From contig AP039704.1 in NCBI GenBank assembly GCA_051599415.1, positions 1 to 64,000 on the forward strand: 64,000 nucleotides of DNA, written 5' to 3'. The notes beneath the pieces were generated by a model, which was given only the letters and a program-made list of their open reading frames with translations, made no database searches and was not told the origin of the DNA. Shown one piece after another: positions 10,547 to 18,812 of the stretch (positions are counted from its first letter, which is position 1; each line of letters opens with the position of its first letter). This stretch comes from Savitreella phatthalungensis (Eukaryota). Both the position numbers and the translations under genes were made by a program.

Positions 10547-11920
10547 ATGACGTCCACAGTCAAAGAGCTGCACGACGTGCGTCCAAGGCAGTGGTGCGAG
10601 TCTGACAGCAAGCTGAACGTCCTCAAGGGTACTGCGACGTCTGTGGAGACGCTGATTGTCACTGGCGGCCCTCCAGATCCCGCTGCACCTGCACAGGTGG
10701 CAGAACACAGGCGCCTCTGGAAGAAGGTGTGCGAGGTCGCGAGACTTGATCCTGCTCACCAGCAGTATCATGAGGCCTTCTCGTTGCTGCAGCCCTTTGG
10801 ATCGACCGCGATGCTGAAAGCGATACTCAACGCTCACGAGGTCTCTCAGGGAACAATGCCTGCCAGCGAGGCCGCTGAGCTGCTGGATGATCACAAAGCG
10901 CTTGCGAGATCGTCCGAGGCCCCGCGGGATGCGCTCGCACGCCTCCAGAAGGCACAGGACGAGGCGCTGGGTGATCGACGTGACCTCAGCGTCGACGGTG
11001 GCGGTTACGACTATAGCGTCGACAGTGGCGTTGCTGCAGCAGTGTACTTCTCCTGTTCTTATGTCGCGCGAGAGAGCTCTGAACCGTCACACAGGCGATG
11101 CAGACGGCCGCGCTGCTTTGACAGCACTCTGAGGACGTATGCTGGTGCGACGTGGTCGCTCAAACGCCGCAGCCGATACCCAGCCAGATTCCTCGCTCAT
11201 TCTGATTTGGCGGTACGCGATGCGGACGACGACTCGCTCTGGCAGCACATTCTGAGGTCGCGACTGCCAGGACAGAGGCACAGGCATGTGGTGTTTGTCG
11301 CGCTGTGTGCGAGGCATGGTTGTGGCCGACAGGTTGCGCAGCAGCCACTGTTGCCGCCTCCGCCTCCACCGAAAGGTTACGAGTTTGTTGATGCCGCAGA
11401 GACGCTCGTTTGTGCGGCTTCGAAGTCGTTCGCACCCTGGAGCGGCGGTGGCAACGCAGAGCCGTGCCACTTTGATGTGAGCAGGTACAGGTCGGATGCC
11501 AGCGTGGCGGAGGCGGAGCCCTCATGCTGCTTTCCACTGTTGTCGGTGCCTCCGACGTGGGAGTCGCCAGTCACGCTCCCGATCGCGCGCCAGATCATCT
11601 ACAGCGCCTCGAGACTGGAGGACGATGGTGCCAGACATGTGAAGCTGACGGCCGTGGAGCGTGAGTACTACCGTCGCTCGATGCTGATGGCGACGATGCG
11701 CTACCACGCCGAGGCGAGTGATCGCGGCTTGACCGGAGATGAGATCGCGCAGATCATCGGCTGTAGGCGGCTGATGAAGAGCACCTGGGCTTTCCAGAAC
11801 GATAATGGGTCTGCCGAGATGCGCAGGCTGCTCGCCGAGCACGTCGCTGTGCGACCGACGATCAGCAGTACAAAGCGATGCGAAGAGTTCATCGATTCCT
11901 GGGTCAGAGGGCGCTTCTAG
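10547..11920 (+). CDS. Hypothetical protein, about 457 aa, no family recognised
   Basis: Long ORF; first ATG at 10547 (track start 10538 is GTG); divergent from the coiled-coil gene. Confidence 0.6.
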   Translation: MTSTVKELHDVRPRQWCESDSKLNVLKGTATSVETLIVTGGPPDPAAPAQVAEHRRLWKKVCEVARLDPAHQQYHEAFSLLQPFGSTAMLKAILNAHEVSQGTMPASEAAELLDDHKALARSSEAPRDALARLQKAQDEALGDRRDLSVDGGGYDYSVDSGVAAAVYFSCSYVARESSEPSHRRCRRPRCFDSTLRTYAGATWSLKRRSRYPARFLAHSDLAVRDADDDSLWQHILRSRLPGQRHRHVVFVALCARHGCGRQVAQQPLLPPPPPPKGYEFVDAAETLVCAASKSFAPWSGGGNAEPCHFDVSRYRSDASVAEAEPSCCFPLLSVPPTWESPVTLPIARQIIYSASRLEDDGARHVKLTAVEREYYRRSMLMATMRYHAEASDRGLTGDEIAQIIGCRRLMKSTWAFQNDNGSAEMRRLLAEHVAVRPTISSTKRCEEFIDSWVRGRF

Positions 11921-12484
11921 TCGGCGGAGATGAACGTATATGTATCCAGCGCTGCGCATGAAACCTCGCACGGCGCGTGAGCCAACGTGACCGTGTCACA
12001 GTCATTTCCCCTTACTCTATCTCGTACGTGCCCCTTGGCGAGTTCACGCCACCTGGGAACTTTTTCGGGAGGAGGACTTTGCAGATAGTGATAGGATGCA
12101 CAAAACACACTCACTCACACTCACACACATCTACACGCACACGCACCAAGGTCGCCTCTCGGACCGCCATGAAACCATTCAATTCAGGCTCGCCGAAAAT
12201 GGGTCTTCAAGCGAGATGACTGGTTTGCAAGAGCGTGAGCGGCTGACGCACGTGGTTGTACCGTCCGAGTTACTCCGCGCGCTCCAGACGCTTCCATCTA
12301 CAGATAGCGATCGAATGCACGGACGGCAGTCACAAACGTAAGGAGTACATATGCTCATCTCGCGGGTGAGGAAGAGGTTCGTCGACTCTGAGGATCAGAG
12401 GATAATATGATCGTGATTCATCACTACGGCGGAGGTGCTCGCTCGTCCAGAAGACATGGGCGAGTAGAGGGCGAAAGGTGAGGT

Positions 12485-12850
12485 CTAGACGCATGGGATC
12501 CAGTCGCCCGAGCCGCCCTGACGGTAGCCGGCGAGCTCGTACTCAAAGTCAAAATTGCTGTGAATGTCGTCCACATGATCGACGTATCCCGGGACGGCGT
12601 ACTGGACGTCTGTGGTGTCGTCGAGGAAGAGCTTCTGGACGTAGTCGCCGGGATGGTCGACACTGTCGGGCAAGGTGAAGCCGATCGAGGCTGCGTCGGT
12701 GGCTGAGAGCTGCTTGAACTGTGCTACTTGTCCGCCGGTGATGGTGCGGTCGCTGCAGGTGACGTTTCCGCCGTTGAAGAAGTACTCTGCCGTGGCATAC
12801 GCAGAGGCCCCCCGAGAGGCCGAGGTGGCGAGGAGGAGCGCTCTGAACAT
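12485..12850 (-). CDS. Small, possibly secreted protein, 121 aa
   Basis: ATG at 12850 preceded by AAAA; signal-peptide-like MFRALLLATSASRGASA; GC3-rich codons; two Cys; TATAAA about 90 bp upstream. Confidence 0.65.
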   Translation of the reverse strand: MFRALLLATSASRGASAYATAEYFFNGGNVTCSDRTITGGQVAQFKQLSATDAASIGFTLPDSVDHPGDYVQKLFLDDTTDVQYAVPGYVDHVDDIHSNFDFEYELAGYRQGGSGDWIPCV

Positions 12851-12867
12851 TTTTGGGGGAACGAAAA

Positions 12868-13938
12868 TCAATATCGTCTACGCTTTGCGGCTCTCGGGTC
12901 GAGCTCTTGCGTGTCCTGCTGTAGCCAGGGTGCCGTCGGCTTTATAGAGGGTCGGTCTGGTTCACGTGAAGTGTCTGTGACTGTGCCGCGTGCCGGTCGG
13001 AATGTATCGGGTCGGGAGTATGTGTGGTGTGAACGGTCGTGGTGATTGTGAGGGGGACGTTCGTACCCTCCAGAGGGCTCGGGACGGCGCTCGTACCCTC
13101 CAGAGGGCTCGGGACGACGCTCGTTCCACTTTCGGAATTGGGGGCGACGGTCGTGCTGTGGAGAGGATTGACGGACGTGATGAGAGGAGTGTGCAGAGCG
13201 ACGGGCGTCATGGGAGTCTTGTGCAGAGTGACGGACATGATGGGAGTCTTGTGCAGAGTGACGGACGTGATCGGAGTGATGTGAGGAGTCACGGAAGTGC
13301 TGGGAGTGATAGGGGGGGTGACGGACGTGCTGGGAGTGATGTGAGGAGTGACGGACAGGTTGCGGAGCTCCCCTACGGGCCCTGCCGCCGAGACCACCGC
13401 CCAAGCGCATCGGCAACCAGCCCTTCACGGTGCGTCCGCGCTCGACGTCCAGCAGGACCTCTCTACCCCTGATCTCGATCGTGCTCCCCAACACGTCACG
13501 CATGTCGCGCTCCCGCCCAAAGACCACGAACGCGTACCCTTTGGAGTTGCCCGCGCTGTCACGCACGACGCGGACCCGCTCGACCACACCGTAGCGTGCA
13601 AACACGCCCTGTAGCTCTTCCTCGTCCGCATCATAGTGTAGTCTGCCCACGAAAAGCGTGCTGTACGGGTCGCCTGAGTGTCTGGGGTTGTACTCCTCCA
13701 GCTGCCTCCGTCTTGCTGCCTCGTGCGCCTCTCGCTTCTGCCTGCGCAGCCGGTTGATGCGTTCCTGGGCCGTCTCCGTCTTCGTGTACGCGTCATCACC
13801 ACCGGCATCAAAGTGGGAGAGGTACTCGCCAACTCCCGAGGGACGTTGTTCGCGTCTTCGGAGGGGCTCTTCGAGATACCTGAGGGGTGGACGGGCCTTG
13901 AAGAGCTTGAGGAGCTGCGGCGGCAGTGCGGACGTCAT
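12868..13938 (-). CDS. SNP1: U1 snRNP 70K protein
   Basis: U1-70K N-terminus (LPPQLLKLFKARPPL), RRM (TLFVGRL, KGYAFV), DVERGRTVKGWLPMRLGGGLGG. Confidence 0.96.
   Translation of the reverse strand: MTSALPPQLLKLFKARPPLRYLEEPLRRREQRPSGVGEYLSHFDAGGDDAYTKTETAQERINRLRRQKREAHEAARRRQLEEYNPRHSGDPYSTLFVGRLHYDADEEELQGVFARYGVVERVRVVRDSAGNSKGYAFVVFGRERDMRDVLGSTIEIRGREVLLDVERGRTVKGWLPMRLGGGLGGRARRGAPQPVRHSSHHSQHVRHPPYHSQHFRDSSHHSDHVRHSAQDSHHVRHSAQDSHDARRSAHSSHHVRQSSPQHDRRPQFRKWNERRPEPSGGYERRPEPSGGYERPPHNHHDRSHHTYSRPDTFRPARGTVTDTSREPDRPSIKPTAPWLQQDTQELDPRAAKRRRY
13060..13360 (-). repeat. 30-bp coding tandem repeats in the U1-70K tail
   Basis: About 6 copies of HVRHSxxxSH and 2 copies of RRPEPSGGYE. Confidence 0.85.
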
Positions 13939-13986
13939 GCGTCGTGTTTAAAAAAAGAATCCCTGCGCACGGCTCCACTTCTCTTC

Positions 13987-16404
13987 ATGAACACGCAAAA
14001 GCTCATCCCGTCGCCGGTGGTTCTGGCGGTGCTGGACGGGGTTGTGGTGTTCAAGGATAGGGCGGTATGGTACGAGAGACCATGGCGGGAGGTCCACTCC
14101 AGGGATCTTGAGAGACCTGTCCGCGCTGCCACTCTCTTTGATGGGGATCTGGCGGTGGTGGACGAGGACGAGGTGCTGGCGCTGCGCGACATACGGAGCC
14201 GCATAGCCGATGACGCGTCCCCGACCGTCCAACTCGTACAGCTGGGGTCGAGCCTCTACAGACTCCACATGAACGGCCTGCTGACGCGCTACCTGGTCGG
14301 CGAGGACGGCCTGCTGGAGAGACACGACGAGAGGCTTCCTGCGGGGTCGCGCATTTTGGGCATGGATGACGAGCTGCTCGTGTTTGACGGCTCTTCCGTC
14401 CATCGACTGGGTGACCCTCCAAAACCGGTCGTCGAGCCTTCTGTCTGCCTCGGGATGACCCGCGTGGGCAAGACGATCGTCGTCGCCCTCCCCAAAAAAA
14501 TCCTGTGCATGCCGCTCGACGAGTTCTCCTCAAGCATAGACCCACACGTGCGGGAGTACGACGTGAGGGGGGTGGCCGGGGAGTATGTGCTCGTTCCCGG
14601 TGGGTACGTGCACATCGACGAACAGGGCGAGCCCCTCCAGAAGGTCTCCCTGGGGTTCTCCCCGACACTCGCATCCCACGGAGTCTTTGCGGACGGGGCC
14701 GGGAATCTGGAGGTCGACGGGGAGTCGGTTGGCGGACCGGCGCTTCTGCTGGACGGGATAGCGGACGATGACAAGCTGGTGGTGTGCGGGAGGGACCACG
14801 TCGCCGTCATGAGGAAGGGACTGGACACGCGTACGAGTGACGTGGTGCCGATGGATCTGAGCGGCGCGCTGGACGTCTTCTGCGTTGACGTGCTCGGCGT
14901 GAGGGAGAACGCGTACATCCTGATCAGCTTCCCATGGGCGTCGCTCGTGCTCGCCTCGTCGGACGACGGCCTGGAGGACGTGAGCGAGCAGCTCGACATC
15001 ATCAGGGAGCCGACCCTCCTGTTTGCCGAGTTTGGTGACGGCTTCGTGCAAGTCTGCCCGAGCGGCGTGGCCACGATCACGAAGAGCGGAACGACGCGGC
15101 TGGCGGGTGGAGGAGGCATCACGGCGGCTGCGATCTGGGGGAACGGTCTCGCCCTCGCACGAGGGGACATGCTCGAGGTACACCTGATCGATGGGATGCG
15201 GCAGATCTCGCTGGGGGGTGAGGCGCTCTGCATGGCGTCCTCTCAGATTCCCGCGCGAGGAAGTGAGGTGCTCTGTACGGCGTCCTCGCAGACGCGCGCG
15301 CTAGGTCCGGCGAGGGATCAGACCCTCTTGGCGATCGGATTCCTGGGAGAGATACGTCTCTATACAGGGGAGCTCTCGCTCGAGCGCGTCATCGCCGTGG
15401 ACGGACACCCGAAGAGTATCTCGGGCTGTCACGTCTGCATGAGGGACGGCACCCTGCAGAGTTTCTGGGGTGGCTCCCCTAGGTCCGTCGGGGAGGGAAG
15501 ATCGGGATTCGCACGCGTGGCATACGGCTATGCGGTGGACGAGCGAGGTGAACTCTGGAGGCTCCAGGACATGTCGCCTGTGATCGGAATATCTGCAAAG
15601 GGCTTTGTCGCGACCATCTCGCCCTTTGACAGCACGCGTCCGTCGGGCCTGCTGCACTACACCGAGGAGTCGCTCTCGTTCAGCGCAGTGGCGGTCGATG
15701 TGACGTACGTCAGACGGACGGTGTCGCCTGGAGGGAGACGCATCCGAAGGTTCATGAATTACTACATCGTGGGGGGCGAGGACATTGCCGTGCTGGACGT
15801 CGCCACGCTCGCCCGGCTGAATGGGCCAAACATTCAGAAGGAGAGATCGCTGCTCCGCGCGGACGAACGCATCTACGGACTGTGCATCTGGCAGTCGTTC
15901 GTGGTCGTCTGCGTCGGGGATGCGGCCGGAGGCAGGCTGCTCGTGCTCCAGGTCAAGGACAACGGTACGCGGCTCAAGCTCGTCTACAAGCGCCGATTCG
16001 ATGCCGGGGTCTACGCTGCTTGCGCGCACGGCGAGCTCCTTGCCATCTCGCACGGCAGACAGGTCGACGTGCTTCGTCTCGAGGAGAATCGGCTGGTGGT
16101 GGTCGAGACGCACGTCGTGAGATCCCTTGCTGTGGAGATATGCTGGAAGGACGGCCCGAGGGCGCTGACGCAGCTCGACGGGGTCTATCCTGGTGGACGA
16201 CCGCTCCTGGCCACTTGCATGTCCGGTGACATCCTCGCGGACAAACACAGGTGGCTTCACAATGGCGACGAGAAGGTCAGACTCACTTCCGTCGCTACCC
16301 GCCTCATAGATACTCCTGAAGGCGTCCTCGCCATATGCCTCGATGGTAGTGTTCACCGGATCTGCGGGGTCCCCAGATCTACACGTATTGACGTCATCCA
16401 CTAA
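13987..16404 (+). CDS. Mms1/DDB1/CPSF-A-like beta-propeller protein
   Basis: First ATG outside SNP1 is 13987 (MNTQKLIPSPVV); all-beta composition; YILISFPW...EPTLLFAEFGDGFVQVCPSGV and GRLLVLQV...LKLVYK resemble DDB1/RSE1/MMS1 propellers. Confidence 0.7.
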   Translation: MNTQKLIPSPVVLAVLDGVVVFKDRAVWYERPWREVHSRDLERPVRAATLFDGDLAVVDEDEVLALRDIRSRIADDASPTVQLVQLGSSLYRLHMNGLLTRYLVGEDGLLERHDERLPAGSRILGMDDELLVFDGSSVHRLGDPPKPVVEPSVCLGMTRVGKTIVVALPKKILCMPLDEFSSSIDPHVREYDVRGVAGEYVLVPGGYVHIDEQGEPLQKVSLGFSPTLASHGVFADGAGNLEVDGESVGGPALLLDGIADDDKLVVCGRDHVAVMRKGLDTRTSDVVPMDLSGALDVFCVDVLGVRENAYILISFPWASLVLASSDDGLEDVSEQLDIIREPTLLFAEFGDGFVQVCPSGVATITKSGTTRLAGGGGITAAAIWGNGLALARGDMLEVHLIDGMRQISLGGEALCMASSQIPARGSEVLCTASSQTRALGPARDQTLLAIGFLGEIRLYTGELSLERVIAVDGHPKSISGCHVCMRDGTLQSFWGGSPRSVGEGRSGFARVAYGYAVDERGELWRLQDMSPVIGISAKGFVATISPFDSTRPSGLLHYTEESLSFSAVAVDVTYVRRTVSPGGRRIRRFMNYYIVGGEDIAVLDVATLARLNGPNIQKERSLLRADERIYGLCIWQSFVVVCVGDAAGGRLLVLQVKDNGTRLKLVYKRRFDAGVYAACAHGELLAISHGRQVDVLRLEENRLVVVETHVVRSLAVEICWKDGPRALTQLDGVYPGGRPLLATCMSGDILADKHRWLHNGDEKVRLTSVATRLIDTPEGVLAICLDGSVHRICGVPRSTRIDVIH

Positions 16405-16490
16405 TAATCACGCACTTTACGCATGCATATATATAATTAGGGTCCTCCCCACTTCAGATTCTCCCCCTTATCCACCCCGCGCCCCCATCA

Positions 16491-16783
16491 ATGTCGACGA
16501 AGAAGCTGTCTCAGTCGCCCATCAAGAAGCCAGACTCGCCGCATGCTGCCATGGGCGTCGGCGAGAGGACTGCAAAGGGTAGTCCAGCACCTGGTAAGTT
16601 TCTAACGATCTCTATCTACCCTTCGCCCTCAGTATTCGCTGACCAGCTACAGGACAAGGAAAGGCGCCGCCTGCAGAGATCGGTGAGCCGTCTGAGCCAT
16701 CGGCCATGTCACCGGAAGAGAAGCGTCAACTCCAGGCGGATGATCCTACCCTGTCTGGACCGAAGCCGAAGCCAAAGTTGTAG
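16491..16783 (+). CDS. Small spliced protein, 77 aa (exons 16491-16593, 16653-16783), ending KPKPKL
   Basis: 59-nt intron GTAAGT...GCTGAC...CAG (16594-16652); splicing gives a clean ORF; TATA-like ATATATAA at about 16428. Confidence 0.65.
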
Positions 16784-17031
16784 TGGACCGTTACGGTGAA
16801 TTTGATATAATTTACTAGTACTGTGCGGCTATACTTCTCTACTTGCTTGCTCGTGAATCCGCGATCAAAAAAAGAAATTCACTCGAATGCGCTGTCCCAT
16901 ACCTGTACGTACGATCGACATCTTGATACTGTAAGTTTATGCTGCATCCAAAAGCAGCCGCACTGTATGGACCATACTTAAGGTATAATTCTCCGACAGG
17001 TCGAGCCCGTTGAAGGTGCCGACACCGATCG

Positions 17032-18681
17032 ATGAACCGGACTCGAAAGGCGCACATCCGCACCTTCACGGGATGCGCCCAGTGTCGCAAGCGTCATGTA
17101 AAGTGCGATGAAGGCAAACCACACTGCGACAATTGTGTGCGGATGGGCCTCGAGTGCGATGGCTATCCGTTCAAGGTGGACATGAAGATCTTCACTCCAG
17201 AGTCGATGGGCGGTGCTTCATCGGGACACAGCAATGCACGGCGGCGGCGGAAGACGCGCGAGCCTTCTGGGGGTGAGATGCCGGGGCGCGATACTTCTGG
17301 GGTTGCCGTCGGATACTCACACGAGGTTCAGGAGATCGGGGAGGACGGCGAGGTGATACCCGGTCAAATCGTCCTCCATCCGCTTCGCCCGCGCGTCACC
17401 GTCACTGATCCAGACTCGAGGTTTCTCTCGCACTTCCTTGGCACGGTCTCGAAGCTGCTGATCGTCTACGACGTCCCCTACAACGTAAATCCCTACAGAT
17501 CCGTCTTCCCAAAGCTGGCCGCCAGCTCGGGTCCGCTCCAGGAGGCGATGCACGCGCTAGGCGCACTGCACCTCTCCCAGACGACGGACGAGGCGCTCCG
17601 CGCGGGCGCCCTCCAAAAGTACAACAGCACGGTTACATCCCTGAGGCGGACGCTGATGAATGATACGAAGCCAAGGCTGGCACACCTCGCGACCATCCTC
17701 CTCCTGGCATTCTACGAGATGATGGACAGTGGTTCGACCAGCGGGTGGCTGCTCCACCTGAAGGGTGCGAGGGACGTCTTCGAGCGGCTGTTCTCGGCTT
17801 CGACTGGGGCTGCAGCGGACGATCCCAACTTCACCCTCGCCAAGGACTTCCTGATATCGTGCCTGACGTACCTGGACATGGCCGCCGCCGTCTCGACCGC
17901 ACAGCCCACCTTGATACGCGGCGACTACTGGCAGAAGGTCGGCGGCGGATGGCAGTACAATCTGGGTGTGCCGTCTGCGGGTGCACAGTCCCCGTCCGAG
18001 GGCAGGCTCGAGATGCTGCGGCAGACCTGGTCGCAACTGATGCTCATCCAGTCCGACGTCGGCGGCCTGAACGCTGCGATCGAGCGCGGCGCACTCTCGG
18101 CGGCGCAGTCGCGGCGCAACGACCTCGAGGGTAGATTCGCCGACTGGCAGCGGACGTTGCCGGACATCTACCACGACATGGTCGGTCTCGAAGCCGACGT
18201 GGTCGAGGGTGCGTCGTGCGTGCTCGCATACGCCGCCGCCACCTTTGTCTATTTCCACCAGATCTGTGGCAGCCCTTTCCAGGTACTCACGGACACGCTG
18301 CCCAACATCCTGATAGCACCCGAGATCTGCCCCGGCATGACGCTGGACGAACGGATCTCCGCCGCGATCGCCTACATCCTCGCCAACTTTGAGCGCTTCG
18401 GCAAGGGCAGCAACGGCTTCGGGATGCTCTGGGCCTTCTTCGTCGCTGGCACGGCCCTCGAAGACGCAGCGCGACAGTCGTACGTGGACGGCAAGCTCGG
18501 TGACATGACCGCGTTTGGGTTTGGCAACGTGGAGCGTGCGCGGGAGCTGTTGCAGATCGTCTGGCGTCGCCGAGCACAGAATCGCAACCGGCTGGGTCTG
18601 CCGATCGAGCTCTCGGGCCTGCTCGAGGACCGCTGGTGGAAAGTACAGGAGGAGCTCGGACGTCCGATATTCCTACCATAG
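17032..18681 (+). CDS. Zn(II)2Cys6 transcription factor with fungal-specific TF domain
   Basis: GCAQCRKRHVKCDEGKPHCDNCVRMGLEC; ILLLAFYEM..GW..HLKGA. Confidence 0.95.
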   Translation: MNRTRKAHIRTFTGCAQCRKRHVKCDEGKPHCDNCVRMGLECDGYPFKVDMKIFTPESMGGASSGHSNARRRRKTREPSGGEMPGRDTSGVAVGYSHEVQEIGEDGEVIPGQIVLHPLRPRVTVTDPDSRFLSHFLGTVSKLLIVYDVPYNVNPYRSVFPKLAASSGPLQEAMHALGALHLSQTTDEALRAGALQKYNSTVTSLRRTLMNDTKPRLAHLATILLLAFYEMMDSGSTSGWLLHLKGARDVFERLFSASTGAAADDPNFTLAKDFLISCLTYLDMAAAVSTAQPTLIRGDYWQKVGGGWQYNLGVPSAGAQSPSEGRLEMLRQTWSQLMLIQSDVGGLNAAIERGALSAAQSRRNDLEGRFADWQRTLPDIYHDMVGLEADVVEGASCVLAYAAATFVYFHQICGSPFQVLTDTLPNILIAPEICPGMTLDERISAAIAYILANFERFGKGSNGFGMLWAFFVAGTALEDAARQSYVDGKLGDMTAFGFGNVERARELLQIVWRRRAQNRNRLGLPIELSGLLEDRWWKVQEELGRPIFLP

Positions 18682-18812
18682 AGAAACGAAGTCACGAATG
18701 ATACAATAATTTCGGGAGTATCCCAGCGCGGATCCCACCTTTTTTTGACAAAATCGGACTGCCAAAGACAAGAGTAGCATAAGAACAGGTCACGCGGTGC
18801 TGGGCAGTCAGA

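Noticed and set aside
200..12400. Telomere-linked RecQ helicase, retrotransposon or tyrosine-recombinase element
   Set aside because: No helicase, RT, integrase, DDE or recombinase motifs recognised, and no LTR or TIR pair seen by eye.
13678..13986. N-terminal extension of the Mms1-like ORF overlapping SNP1
   Set aside because: Non-ATG start, antisense to the SNP1 CDS; the real start is more likely 13987.
15214..15300. 45-bp tandem duplication in the Mms1-like gene (GGEALCMASSQ / GSEVLCTASSQ)
   Set aside because: Real but a minor in-frame duplication with no further signal.
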